Source: Blasia pusilla
Taxonomy: Eukaryota
Direction of reading: 5' to 3'
DNA: 64,000 bases
Assembly (NCBI GenBank): GCA_050084515.1
Contig: CM114271.1
Location: 6,944,001-7,008,000 of the forward strand
The number at the start of each line of letters is the position of its first letter. Position 1 is the first letter of the stretch. This document shows positions 23,050 to 36,349 of the stretch, piece after piece. Made by a program: the position numbers and the translations under genes. Below the pieces are notes generated by a model. That model worked only from the letters and a program-made list of their open reading frames with translations. It was not told the DNA's origin and did not search any database.

Positions 23050-25320
23050 AAGATATAAAATAAGTATAAAAAAGGATGGGGAACCCATCACGATACAAAT
23101 GAGGGGGCAAAGAGAGCCAAAAAGGAAGAGGCCAAAATCGGCCCCAAGCAGAAAGAAGGGGGCCTTCCCCCTAACGACCAAAATTACCAACACCGGAAAC
23201 AATATCAACAACATCTACAGAATTATAACTACTATTAAGTGGGCCTCTAGCATTGGCGTCTCCAACCACCTGAGCCCGTCGCAGAAGCCCATTTTCCTGG
23301 GCGCGCTGCAAAGCTATGGAGACCTGTTATTTACAATAAATTATCGCAGTGGCTAACGACAACCTATTTCTTGACTGGAGATGATGGGCGCAATCCGTAA
23401 GGAACGAGTCAAACCTCTCTCCCATCGCCCCATACATCTCAATGGCTAGGGGGATAAATCGATGTCCGTCATGAAGTCGACTGTAGATGTGGGCCACCGC
23501 CGCTCCTTGTAGCAATCTCCCTTGTGCTACCACTTGGGCTCGCACCGCCTCCCGCGCAGGATCCGTCACTACAACATCCGCTACCGAGTGGAACTCCCAA
23601 GACACGAAGCCCTCCAGTAGGTGCCAACAAACCGTCGGGTAAATGAATATCCGTTGACAAGCCTAATGAAGACCAAGCCTTGCACTTTCCCACCTTCACC
23701 GTAAGGCCGACATGTGCCAACTGTGCTGAGAAGTGCTGAAATGCAGGAACAACCAAGTCTCCAAGGCCTAAAATGTGAGTATCATCTGCCAACGAAGGGA
23801 AAATGCAACCCGGGAAAGCCTCCACCGTAGAAAGAACCGCTCGATAATGAGCCAAGGCAAACAATGCACCCCCAAGGGATCACCTTGACGCGTCCCAGTA
23901 GCAGACTCCAAGACCGTGACCTCCTCCTCGAACCTACCGTGGTGAAAATAGAGTGTCGAGGGAGCCCCATAAAAAGAATACATGAAGGGAATTAGACTCG
24001 CTATGGGACCCCATGCATCTCTCAACTCCATGAAGATAGCTGCTCGAGACACTGAGTTAAAGGAGTTCTCCACATCAACTTTGAGAACCACCCACTCGGG
24101 ATGTATGTCTAAACAAGCCCTCAAACCTAAGGCTCTGACCTCACAACCGGCCGGGCGTGGCAACTCGAATCAAAAGTGCGGACTCGGATGTGATCGAAAG
24201 CCTCACGGAACTGCAAAGCGATAGTACGACTCACCAACCGCAAGAGCACCTCCCCTATGGCAATCGGACGGATCCCTCCACCCTCCTTCGATAATGCCAG
24301 AAGTCGCCCCGTCCCCAAAACCTGGGCTACTGTTGTTGGCACTCTCCCCTGAGCTAGGTGAGAGGCAATCTGAAGCAACTCGGAAAAGCCGCTAGCAGAG
24401 TCCTTGCGGGGAAAGCAATCACGAAGGTGTTCGTACATCATACCGGACAACCCTCCAGCTGCTATCCTAGGGGAACGCCCGAGTGCCCGTGCAAAGAGGG
24501 ACGGGTCTAGGCATAAGGTCGTGTTAGGATGGAAGTCACGTACAAATGTTGGGATGTCAAGCGCTGGACGAGGGTGTAGCCTCCTGAGGGCGCCGATGGT
24601 AACAGTGGAAGGAGGAGCCATATCCATAGGGCGGAGCGCACGAGCTGCTCGCGAGTACTCCCCGGCTCTCCCAAGTGTCCTACATCGTCGCAATCTGGCA
24701 GCCACAAGATTGTCCGTTGGGAAACCACGTGGAGTGCTACCTCTGGCATATGCCACAAACTCGCTCTGCAGAGACTCTCAATCACCTCCTCGGAAGCGCC
24801 GCAATCGGGCCACAACCTCTCTATGGCCAGCCTTCCCTCCTCGGATATAGCGAAGACACGATCGTGGAAGGAGAAGTAGTAGATACCACGAGAGCTCATC
24901 CATAGGATCAAGGGAAATCCTAGATAAGGGCAGGAGGAAAGACTGGCGAAGCTCATCCCGAATAGCATGGGGGATCCTATGAAACAACCTCGGGCAGGGC
25001 AAACGGGTCTCAAAGAGACATGTGATGCTACCAAGGTGGGACCTCAACCACTCCCATGCCTCGGAAGGGGGTGATGATGCATGAAGCATCGGTGAGCATC
25101 CATGATCGATTGGAGGAACCACCCATCCAAATCTATCAAAGTCAGGATGTTTAGCCGCTAAATGGTTCCGAATTCCTGAACGAGTGAAGAATTCGGGACA
25201 ACAAGGGCATTTTGTATCCCAGCTAGACGACCCACAAGCCCCTACGCGAGGGGTTGATGTGGGTCGAGGCATGGACACCTCTCACCAAGAAGAAAACATG
25301 ACCCCCTCCATCAAACTCGA
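23050..25320 (-). mobile_element. CRE-like non-LTR retrotransposon (C2H2 zinc finger, RT, restriction-like endonuclease), rearranged and frameshifted
   Basis: CPCCPEFFTRSGIRNHLAAKH (ORF 24778-25278); GGIRPIAIGEVLLRLVSR; KVDVENSFNSV; GTRQGDPLG; LADDTHILG; endonuclease DVVVTDP...FIPLAIEMYG (ORF 23327-23605). Confidence 0.85.
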
Positions 25321-26320
25321 AGCCAAAACTTTGTATCGAGTTTTGTGGCGGCGGCTCTTACCAAGGATCTTCTCCATGTCGACGATCTCACGAGGATTGG
25401 TGACCCTCAAGTAGCTTATGGAATCCTCTCGTCATGTTTTGCCCGTAGACCTGGTTATCTATGTAGAACTGTATGGGCGACTAGCCACATTTCTTCCTTG
25501 TATAGATCCTTTGATAGAAAGATTATGGAGGCGTTTGGGGATCTTCTAGGACCCGGCTCATTAGAGTGCCCCGCGGGGGAGCTAGCTCGTAGACAGGCTT
25601 CTTGGCCGATTGCCTTTGGTGGAGTTGGTCTCATAGCGATTGAGTTAGTGGTGTCTTCAGCCTTTTTAGGGAGTTGGGCCAATATAGCACCCTTCCTTTG
25701 CTCCCGATTTCTTGTTAGGGATAGACTGCTTCTTTTACTGTAGGTTTCCCAGGTTGAGGATGGTCTTTTCCCACTTCAGTCTTCACTTACAACTTGTAGA
25801 GACTCGCTTCTTGTTGAGGCTAGAGCAGTTCTTCCCGCTTTCTCATCCCTAGTTTCCTCCGGATAGTCGGGGCTCCAATCTTCTTTGATGGAAGCCCACT
25901 TTGATGCATTGTTTAGAGCTACTATGTCGGACGGGAATATCCCCATGGAGATTCGGGCCCGTATTCGCTCTTGCTCCGGAAAGGGGGCAGGCTCATGGGT
26001 GGGGGCTCGTCCCCTCATCCCGGCTTTCCGCATCGCACCACTTACCTACACTACAGTGATGGGGTTCCGACTGGGCTGCCCAAACCAACGGTGGTTGGTT
26101 CGACACATTGCGAGTGTCGAAGGAGTCTGGATCCACTTGGTGTGCATTTGGCACAATGTCCAGTTGGGGGTGAGAGGATAGCCACTCACGATGCAGTGCG
26201 GGATATTATGTTCTCTATTGCTCGGGAGAGTGGATTCCATGTACAGAGAGAGAGGCACTACTCCATGCGGGATTCCCTTATCCGTACTGATCTCTACATG
26301 ACGAGGGAGGCTAGACAAAC
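25321..26320 (+). mobile_element. Inverted segment (RT thumb, CCHC, endonuclease start) of the adjacent CRE-like element
   Basis: GDPQVAYGIL, RIRSCSGKGAGSW, CECRRSLDPLGVHLAQC, THDAVRD, IRTDL; corresponds to the part missing at ~23585. Confidence 0.85.
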
Positions 26321-27299
26321 CCCGCCAAAATCCGCCCCGCAACCCCCATTCAAACTAGCTCTAATGGTAATCAACTCTCTTTCCGTCCACGAGAATGCTC
26401 TCCCTAGTATGAACTCTTATCTACCCTCTTCCCCTAGGACCTATGGCCCAACCTCTTCCCAAAACAATGTAGAGATAGTATGGAGGTACTAATCATCTGG
26501 AAAGAGAATAGATGGGAAAAAATAGACGGGAAATAGAGTGCAATAAGGGAGGAAAACATAAGTCAAACGTGAGCGAGAAACATGTGTGACTATAGGATAA
26601 GGACATAGAGAAAAAAAGGGTGGTGTGGAATGACTACATGAGTTGTCTTGGAAACATTCAAGGCATGACAACGAAATGAGACAACAAAGAGGCCCGTAAT
26701 ACCAACATGAGAAACCCTAAAAAAACAAAAATCTACAAAACACAATAAAATGAAAAATACTTTACTATGAGATTGATGCTATGGATCAAAACGTGGAGGA
26801 AGTCGATACCTCCGTTTTGATATAACCCATGACCCCCCTCCATCCTCCATCCCACCAGCAAAATCCCCCCTTCACCATCCCGACCGCCATCCCGTAGAGC
26901 TCCTCCGTCGTTGCACGGAAGAGGGAGAAGGAGCTATGAAAGAGGACATCAAAGAGAGAGGAGAGTCCACTCCAGAGAGAGAGGGGAGTCCACTGGTCGG
27001 CCGCCCATCCCGCCCCCATAGCGGAAAACAAAATGTACGCGCAACCCAACCTCAGCTCCGTCGCCCAACCTCCTTCCAAACTTTTGGTGCAGCCTATTGA
27101 GCCCGCATTAACTCCCCATGCTCTGACCTAGCAACCCCTCCAGCCTGCGCCGCTCCAAAGTGGCATGCCCCATGGCCTCCATCCTCTAGCTAACGACCTC
27201 CCTTTCAGCCCCGCACCTTTCTTACCCTGAAACTCACCCTTTCTTGAACTCGTCCCTATGTGGCGGAGTCTGGCTACGCGCTCCCTACACAAGTCTCAC

Positions 27300-27720
27300 G
27301 GCCTAGTAAGTCAACACGCCGCCCTGAAAAAACTCTTCCCGATTGTAGAAGCACTACGTGGCCCCTATCTATGATGTAATCGACCTAACCCTAGATCCCC
27401 AGCTAGCCACCTTTGCTTGATAGCCCCCCGGCGGCTGCAAGGCAAAGCTCTCTTCTCTTCTCTCTCTTGACATTCTTACCATGCGGCGCTCACCTGTCAA
27501 CGCTAGACTATCTGCCCCACTCCGCACTACACTTTGCCGTTGTCCCTCATTAGTTTGCACCAACCAAACCTAAGAAAAACGGACAGCGCTTCCGCGCACA
27601 ACCTTCCAAACATAAAAATGATAATGCAAACGCCAACCAGCGTCTCAAGGGGCTCCCCAACCGAGGGAGTTTGTCGTTTGCCTACCTGTAAACAACAAAT
27701 TCTTCCTTGCCCCCTGACAT
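27300..27720 (-). mobile_element. 5' leader fragment of the split-terminus gypsy lineage
   Basis: Homologous to 16160-16490 (TAGCCCCCCGGCGGCTG..., GAAAAACGGA..GCTTCCGC..CCTTCCAAAC). Confidence 0.65.
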
Positions 27721-27768
27721 GGTAACATGATCACGCCCTCCAACCTACTGCACCGTCAACACTCACTC

Positions 27769-28813
27769 TGTCGTGCGCCTACTCTTCTTTGAACGTTAAT
27801 CTTTGTTGTTGAGCGGAAGCGTGCGTTCAGTAGGTCACGCTCTCGACGCTGATCTATATCCAAACATGCACTCTAGTTAGTTGGGTCTGGATCAATCAAC
27901 AAGCTAACTTTCAGAGTTCTTGTCTTGGTCTTACATCAAGCTCAACTTTCCTAGTCTTACGGTTTACAACACATGCAAGTCTCGAAAGATTTGGGACAGA
28001 CTTTCTGGTCGGTTTAGGAACCTCAAACGGCGTTTCGCGCCTAGTAGTTCCAATTCTCTGATAGACATCTACTGAGTTCCTAATTGAGACTCACACAAAA
28101 TCAATCACGAGTCATAATCTAAGTGTGGCATACAAAATCCACTCCTTTTGATCAGGTTTGGGTTTCGAGTTCTAACGCCAAACTCTCCTTCCATCCCGTG
28201 CCCTTGAGATGCCGTTTGGTGCTCAAAGTGGGGATTCGTGTTCCAAGACATCTTGGAGAGACTTCTCCCTTACAAATACTTCTGGACATCTCGAGGGTCC
28301 CCCTAACTTTAGGGAAGTTAGGGGGACCCCGCAGCTGAAGCCCTCAAAGTGGCCCTCAACCCGATTGCTCTCCCAATTGGTTTTGGCTAATATCTCAGCC
28401 TCTACTTACGCATTTGCTAAGATCTTTGATGCGTTAGAAGCGCCACAAGATAAGCTTTCCAACGCGCCCTTATTTGTTCCAAAATAATTTTGGAGGTAAA
28501 CGTTATGGTCCGAAATACAATCAACTTCCCCAAACACTAGTCGCGTTCCAAAACCGGTTCTCACCTCTTTGGCAACCAACCTTCCAGGACTCAACTCATC
28601 TCAAGTCTTGGCTCGTGTTTGGTCTAGGTTTCTTGGTCGCGACCACTTACGCAAGAAACGCACAACTCTGTTCCGCATTTCATATCTTGGACTTTCCGAA
28701 GAGACCTTCCAAAAGCCTCTCCAAAGCGCGATCATCGCAGCGTGAGTCCACTTGAGTTCTGATGTTATGCTTGGTGCCTATTTGGTGTTCGTTTGGTTGT
28801 GAGGTTTGCAACA
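27769..28813 (-). mobile_element. Solo LTR (~1.05 kb), related to the LTR at 30385-31386
   Basis: TG...CA ends; 5-bp TSD CACTC at 27764-27768 and 28814-28818; shares GCGGAAGCGTGCGTTCAGTA and other blocks with 33068-34027. Confidence 0.88.
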
Positions 28814-29466
28814 CACTCCTACATGTAATGTGGCCACCTCCGCGGCACAACACTCTCCTTGACCAGCATGTCAAACCTCTTGTCAGCAAATATAGACGAA
28901 CCATTGGCATACTAACACTGTCATCAACTCTCCACCATAAGTACTCATCTTGCCTGAAATCAAGTACGCCCAAGAAAATATTTTCTCAACACTATTTGGC
29001 TCTACCAAGTTAGCTCCAACTACGTTGACCTTGACTTGGTATCCATGCCTACCACGTAAACCTTGGCCTACCTGGTCTCCACGTGACCTCAACCGTGGAC
29101 CCATTACTCAACCCCGCCCATCTGACTAGGACTTCTTCCTTCCCTATGTCGCGGAGCCATAATAGCTCTTTTCTTTGTCTCCCACTTGTTTCCGACCTCC
29201 CAAGCTCCCCCGTTTGGGCACGCGGCCCTATGGAAACACAATTTAGGTCATTTTTTAGGGAAAGACAATTGGATCATAGCTCTCTCTAACCCCTCATGGG
29301 TGGAATCAAGTGTCCATCCTAAAAACACCATAATCGTCCATGACGATGAAGGGCATAGTGCCCTTAAGAGTATCCGATGTAATCAACACAACAAAGAAAT
29401 CACTTTGAAGGTGTGGATCTCCAACTCTAATACCTCCTTCAACACTCCAAAATATGGGAGGTCCTC

Positions 29467-30093
29467 TATCACATCTTACTTCAACGTAGGTAGAGTTCTA
29501 TCACGTTGACGGGATAGAGAGTCAGCTGGTTGTTTGGGTATAACTTTGTCCCAAGATGTCGGATGAGGTTGGCCACATGTCTGTTGTGTCGGAAACATCG
29601 TTTTTGGCGGTTTCCCTATTTTGGTTTTAGTCCGTCAGGTGAGCTGTTGACCGAGTCAACGATCATCTGATAACATGTGCACACAGGTTATAATTGGTAG
29701 GGCTCTTTTTGGGGGAAGATCCTTTTGGCTCTTCTTAAGGGTATAAGAGTGAGGAAGAGGCTTTCCCAAGCCATCTTTCTCATGTTGAGTCTTAGGAGCG
29801 CCTCTCTTGCATAGACGGTGTGGGTGTGTAGGAGTTAGGGTGCTAGCGTGCGGATTCCCTCATAGTAGAGGGTGGATGTGGTTCAAAATGCCAATGTAGA
29901 TTCATGAGTGGAGTTTTAGGTTGTGTGAGCTATTTTTACTACTCTTGATTTTGGTTGTGGGGTCCCACGGTATATGTGTGAGTATGTTCCATTTATGTGT
30001 GGATCCATCCGTATGTTGGGGAAGATTGGTGTTGTGTGGTGTGTAAATGTGACCAGCAATGTGAGTTGTGTAGTGATGTGTATGTGTACGAAA
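29467..30093 (+). mobile_element. Solo B+A terminal unit of the split-terminus gypsy lineage
   Basis: Reverse-complement homology to B (29467-~29953) then A (~29954-30093); 4-bp TSD CCTC at 29463-29466 and 30094-30097. Confidence 0.8.
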
Positions 30094-31388
30094 CCTCTTT
30101 GAATATATTTTTGTCATGTCTAAATGATCGTGACTCTTGCTCAAAAGTGCTACGTACTTCGTTATCCCACATTTTTGTACGTCGCTTGTCCAAAGCCTTG
30201 CTCCAAATTGTTGACCATCCCCTCGTAATTGCGTATTCTTCTCCATAATGTCAAGCTCCAATTCATGGCATTTTTCCATATTCTCCCCAATATGGTGTGA
30301 TTGAAGAAGATAAGTTGTGTAGGTTCTGAATTAGGGAAATTGCGCTCATGTTAATGCAATGGAGCATGCACGTCGCGCCCCTATTGTCGCGACCCTCATG
30401 ACCAAACAAGTGCCAAGCGGAACATCGGAACATTAGCGGGCTCACGCTAAGATGGTTTGCGCGTTGGAGTTGTCTCAAAGAGGAGACAAGAGACGAGACG
30501 CTAGCGAGAAGTCGCGTTTCAGATGTGATGGTCGCGACTCAGAAACCAAGACCAAATGCGGAATGAGACTTGAAAGAAGTCGAGTCTAGGAAGTGGGTTG
30601 CCAAAGGAAAGATCCGGATTTGGAACGCCACTTACGTTTGAGAGTTTCCGACTTTATTTATGGTCATAACTTTTAGTGCCAAGATGAGTTTGGAGCAAAT
30701 AAGGGTGCGTTGGAAATCTTATGGAGAGCCGGTCGAAACGCACCAAAGATCGCTGCAAACGCATAAGCAGAGACCGAGATACAACCCGAAAACGACTGTA
30801 AGTGGAGTCGGGTTGAGGGCCACAATGAAGGGCCTGAACCTCTTTTCCCAAAGGGGAGGGGTCATTGGAGAACCCCATAAGTACTAGTAAGGGGGAAGGT
30901 CTCCGAGAGTGCTTGGAACCCAAACCCCACTTTGGGCGCCACGGGGCGGCTCAAGGGCATGGAACGGAACGCGAGTTTGGGCGTTGGGTTGGAAAACCTG
31001 CACCAAGTCCATTGAGGCGATTTTAGACATCCCTCTTGGATTTCATGCCGCGACTCAATTACTTGGGTCTCGGTTTGGAACTCACACGAGGACCGTTGAA
31101 TAGTTGGGATTGCTAGGCGTGCAAGTGCCGTTTCAGATCCCTGGACTAACCAGGAAGTCTGTTCCAAGTCTTGAAGGACTTGCCCTGTGTTGGGAGCTAG
31201 GAACTAAGGAAGGTTGAGCTTGATGAGACGCCGAGTTGAGGACTCGGTGGGTTGGAACGCCGGTTGGCCAAACCCGACTAACGAGAGTGCGTGTTTGGGT
31301 GCAGATCGGCGATGAGTTCGTGACGTACTGAACGCACGCTTCCGCAACACTAAAGATTGACGTTCAAGGAGAATAGGGGCGCGACAAG

Positions 31389-31400
31389 TGGTATCAGAGC
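31389..31400 (+). other. Primer-binding site complementary to initiator tRNA-Met
   Basis: TGGTATCAGAGC 2 nt after the LTR's CA end. Confidence 0.92.
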
Positions 31401-31529
31401 TAATCCTTGGTGAGCGAGAACTTGGGGTCGTGGGATCATCCGGACGCTTGGGAAATTTCAAGGTAGCGGCTAGACTCGGACGCTCGAGGAGGGACGCAAG
31501 AAACGAGGAGGAGATCTGAGTGAGTTGGC

Positions 31530-32860
31530 TTGGAGATGGCGATCGAGGGAGAACAACCCAAGAAGCGCCGAATCAAGCGACGTGAACCGAGAGAGGAACC
31601 AATGCCGGACCGTGAAGCTATAGAGGAGACGGAGAATCTCGAAGAGTTGAATGCCAGTCGTGAGGACGTCCCAGTGGCGACTCCTTCCACGGGGCTAGTG
31701 GGCCCAAACTCAGGGGAAAGGACGGAGTCGAGCCAGACGTTGGACTTGTTGAAGGTGTTGGTGGAGCAGATGTCCCAGCAAAGCAAGCGGATTGTAGAGT
31801 TAGAGGCCACTCGAAACCCGAGTGCGGGCAAAAAGCTCTGCAAGACCACGCCATTTACTGGAGTGGGGCGCTCGCGGAAAGTGAAGGATTTCCTTACGGA
31901 ACTGGAACTGTACTTCGAGGCGCATAAGGCTGCTGAGCAGGACAAGGTGACGGTAGCCGTTACTTTCCTGAAGGATCATGCTCTACAATGGTGGACCGCT
32001 CAACGAGAGGAATATCTGGGCGGCGAGTCACCTCTAAGTTGGGAGGAGTTCAAGGAGTTGATTGGGGATCGGTTCACTCCGGAGTACCAAGGGTTGCGTG
32101 ACACGGTGGAGTGCGTGCGGATGCGGCAGAGTGGTTCCTTAAGCGCGTATGTGAGGGAGTTTAGTGCGAAATTGACTTCTAGTCCGAAGATGGATGAGCA
32201 CGCGAAGAAGGCTATCTTCATTAGTGGACTCAAGCCGAGCGCTGAGAAGGCCCTTTACCGAATGCCGACGTTGCCAGAGACCTGCGCGGACCTTTTGAAG
32301 CTAGCGGAGCGGATTGGGGACGATGAGGTCCAAACCCAGAAACCCTTCGAGTCAAAAGTTTTTTCGAAGAAGTCAAAAAATAAGGAGGCGTTCAAAAGAG
32401 GCTGGAGTGGGGGCCAACACGAACCATGAGAGTCGTCTGCCCCGGCAGTAAAACGAGTGGAACTTCATGCGAAGCCGAAAGGAGGACAACACTCAAAGAC
32501 AGGAAACGGCAAGGTCGTATGCTACAACTGTGGCGATCCGGGGCACCTGTCGAAAGGGTGTTCAAAACCGAAGGTTAGTAGTGGGAGTATGATTGCGTTT
32601 GCTGCTAAGCATCTGTTGGCGGGCGATATCGAGACGTCCCTTCAAGTCACCAAAAGGACGCACAATTTGGTGTACCTAAGATCCAAGATTGCTGATCGCG
32701 ATGTGTTGTTGCTCGTGGATACAGGTGCTTCGCACTCCTTCCTAAGCCCGAGAATCGTGAAGGAACTGGGGCTATCTACCTCTAAGGCGGACGAGCCCAT
32801 TCGAGTGGGATTTGCAGGAGGCAAGTCTCATCGGACTTCTGATTTGGTCTTGACAAATGA
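31530..32860 (+). pseudogene. Gag (capsid-like domain, CCHC knuckle) and aspartic protease, with an in-frame stop at 32427-32429
   Basis: FLKDHALQWW..SWEEFKELI..RQSGSLSAYVREF; CYNCGDPGHLSKGC; LLVDTGASHSF; ORFs 31530 and 32457 are in the same frame. Confidence 0.9.
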
Positions 32861-34032
32861 GCATTTGTCAAGACATCCTCAAACTCCTTGACCACTTCCT
32901 GGAGTGGTTCTGGGACTCCCCTTGAAGCAGCGTCCTGATCTCTGCGTATACTGCTTGTAGCCTCCTCCACTTGTCTCATCAAGTAGAGAAATCCATCCTC
33001 CAACTCAGTCATGCTCCTCCTTGTGATCGAGTTCACCAACTCCATCAAGGAGAGTAGGGGCGCGACACCTACTCTCCTTGAACGTCAATCTTTAGTGTTG
33101 CGGAAGCGTGCGTTCAGTACGTCACGAACTCATCGCCGATCTGCACCCAAACACGCACTCTCGTTAGTCAGGTTTGGCCAACCGGCGTTCCAACCCACCG
33201 AGTCCTCAACTCGGCGTCTCATCAAGCTCAACCTTCCTTAGTTCCTAGCTCCCAACACATGGCAAGTCCTTCAAGACTTGGAACAGACTTCCTGGTTAGT
33301 CCAGGGATCTGAAACGGCGCTTGCGCGCCTAGCGATCCCAACTGTTCAACGGTCCTCGGGTGAGTTCCGAACCGAGACCCAAGTAATTGAGTCGCGGTGT
33401 GAAATCCAAGAGGGATGTCTAAAATCGCCTCAATGGACTTGGTGCAGGTTTTCCAACCCAACGCCCAAACTCGCGTTCCAAAGTGGGGTTTGGGTTCCAA
33501 GCACTCTCGGAGACCTTCCCCCTTACTAGTACTTCTGGGGTTCTCCAATAACCCCTCCCCTTTGGGAAAAGAGGGTCGGGTCCTTCATTGTGGCCCTCAA
33601 CCCGACTCCACTTACAGTCGTTTTCGGGTCGTATCTCGGTCTCTGCTATGCGTTTGCAGCGATCTTTGGTGCGTTTCGACCGGCTCTCAATAAGATTTCC
33701 AACTCACCCTTATTTGCTCCAAACGCATCTCGGTGCTAAAAGTTATGGCCATAAATAAAGTCGGAAACTCTCAAACGCTAGTGGCGTTCCAAATCCGGAT
33801 CTTCCCTTTGGCAACCCACTTCCTAGACTCGACTTCTTTCAAGTCTCATTCCGCGTTTGGTCCAGGTTTCTCAGTCGTGACCATAACACCTGAAACGCGA
33901 CTCCTCGTTCGCGTCTCGTCTCTTGTCTCCTCTTTGAGACAACTCCAACGCGCAAACCATCTTAGCGTGAGCCCGCTAATGTTCCGATGTTCCGCTTGGC
34001 ACTTGTTTGGTCATGAGGGTCGCGACAATGCA

Positions 34033-36300
34033 TCCCTCATATGGCCATACCAACTTAAGCATTGTATTATGCATAAGATTGTCATAAGAAAAAAAATTCT
34101 TGGTATCTCTGCTAATGGTGTAGAAATATTAAGACAAGCCACTAATTAGGATATGTAGAACATGATCGGTTCTAGTATGTAGCCTTTTGTCATATTGCCC
34201 TCCACTTGGGCTTGGTTTTTGATAAAATCCTTGAATTGGTGCATGTAACGCTACACAAAATCAATCCATGTATAATGCTTATGTATCAAAACACTAACCT
34301 CTTTGGCCATATGGTTCAGCCAATGACACTTCCCACCTTGAATGAAGGTAGAAAGAGCCTCTCCAAATGTGTGTAACGACCACATTGTAATTGCCTCCTT
34401 TCACAATTTATATATATAATATCCTTTCACGATTGTTTATAAGAATATGTGTCTCTCTAGCAAAAAAAATGGTCCATCAAGGAGGGAATCACACTAGCAT
34501 CGAGGATCTAATGTGCATAAGATCCTCGAGGTGTTGGATGGACATAACCTAACTGGTTTTCAAGCAAACCACAAGCTTATTTTGGAAGAGAAGTCAAGTC
34601 ATAAACAATAACATGCATAATTGGATGCCTCTAGATCCCTACGTATCAAGGTAATAACATGTACTTACACTCCAATAAGGTAATCTATTGAGACATGACA
34701 CCCACTTTATCCCATAACCTCTATGGGGTAATTCACCCCTTTGCACTTGATGCTCTTGGACGAACCAATCTATGTATGTCATAATAGATATGATGCCAAT
34801 ATCGTCGACCTTGTGTCCTCCTAGATCCACCCTCATGGCATATCCTTGAGGAAAATACTTGGCCACAATTGGATATATGGTAGTCTTCAACTCTCCATAG
34901 TAGATAACCTCCAACCTAGGATGGAAAGGCAAACATGCTAACTTTCTTGAAACCTGCAAGCCTAATATATATATCCGTATCCTTTACAATCAGAACTACT
35001 TGTTAAATCATGATATGTTAAGTCCCACTTAAGAAACTTGCATAATGCGTTATGAGATGGGATTCGGTCCATTGTGCATCATCCATAGTAGTATGGCATG
35101 AAATCTAAGACCCTTGTCTCTTGAGGGTAGTCAATGCTCCTATCCACATCAACCATGAGCTCACTCCTATAGGAAGAATGACTCTTCCACAAGCAACTTG
35201 AGGTGTGTCGAGCCATATTTGGCCCTACAGCATGTATAACATATGCATCATAACTAAGCATGATGTTTGGTGGTTACTTAAGAGAATATATCACATGACG
35301 ATGAAAGTGAGGTCTCATTTACAAAATAAGAGGAGTGAAAATCCCAAACTTACAATAATGAACCCCAAAATCATAAAACTCCTCTTCGAAGCAAGCTAAG
35401 GTGATATGTTATAGTCCACCACCATAATTAATTATGGTGGTGAACTATATGGCCAATATTGGCCATATTGAATAGGATCTTCACTTAAGAATGGCCAATA
35501 TTGGCCAAAATTGATTAGGTTTTGCACTTAAGAATGTGTGGTAACATCCTATCAATCGCAAGGCCCAATCAACGTAACAAGGCTCTTCTTGATAATCTAG
35601 ATATGTGCTTTTCACATGTGAGGGCACAAGCCGAAGGGCCCAACCCCAAAGTATGACACCATATGAGCACTAGTAAAGTCCATACCATACCACACCATCA
35701 ACTATGCCAATAACGATACACTTAACATATGCAAAAATCATGGAATGATGAGAAATGAACAAAGAGCCTTCGAAGGTACATCTCCTTGTGTGTCATCTTG
35801 ATAGCATATAGCTCTCCAAAATGTAATATGGGAGGGACCTCCAAGATTTCCCATGCCCTTGTTATAGGATAATAGGAACAAGTCATAAAGGCATGCATCT
35901 ATAAGCTCATATTCTAGTCCCACATGGCTTACTAGTTGTTATGAAGCTGATCTAGAGTTGGGGAAAATGTTCCCCTCAAGTAGGAATCTATCATGCCATG
36001 GGCGATATAACACATCCATTAACACATTCAAAATAGATAATTACTCCTGTAATTTCAAAAGAAGAAAGATAGTAGCCAATTAAAATGATCACCAATTATT
36101 GTGATGTAAAATGGAGCTCGCTCCTCCTCATTCTATGGCCTCCATATTGTTGTCGAAAAACTCAATGATTTCCTCCATGTTCCGCTTATCATCATTCTCC
36201 TCGTTGCCACCCGTTTCACCATCCTTGTCAATGTATATTCCGTAATCCTTATATCCTCCCATATTTTTTTCTTGGTAGAGATCTTAGCTTATGCCCATTA
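34033..36300 (-). mobile_element. Highly decayed CACTA/En-Spm transposase remnant
   Basis: MGLEYELIDAC (35738-35923) resembles the Tnp2 LGL.YE.IHAC motif; GIKWVSCLNRLPYW (34639-34959) and RYMHQFKDFIKNQAQVEG (~34195-34255) resemble En/Spm blocks. No termini seen. Confidence 0.55.
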
Positions 36301-36349
36301 AAATCCTTTCATTATTTATTGCGTCCCTCCCCTAGCTTTAAGACCTCTA

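Larger units (their letters stand above)
30385..33067 (+). mobile_element. Conventional Ty3/gypsy element: 5' LTR, tRNA-Met PBS, gag-protease; RT-IN deleted; only 23 bp of 3' LTR remain
   Basis: LTR 30385-31386 (TGTCGCG...CGCGACA); PBS TGGTATCAGAGC 31389-31400; LTR end repeated at 33045-33067; TSD CCTAT/CCTAC. Confidence 0.9.
30371..34027 (-). mobile_element. Solo LTR (30371-30384 plus 33068-34027) interrupted by a same-family element
   Basis: 33068-34027 is the reverse complement of 30385-31377; 30371-30384 supplies the missing LTR end; 5-bp TSD ATGCA at 30366-30370 and 34028-34032. Confidence 0.88.
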
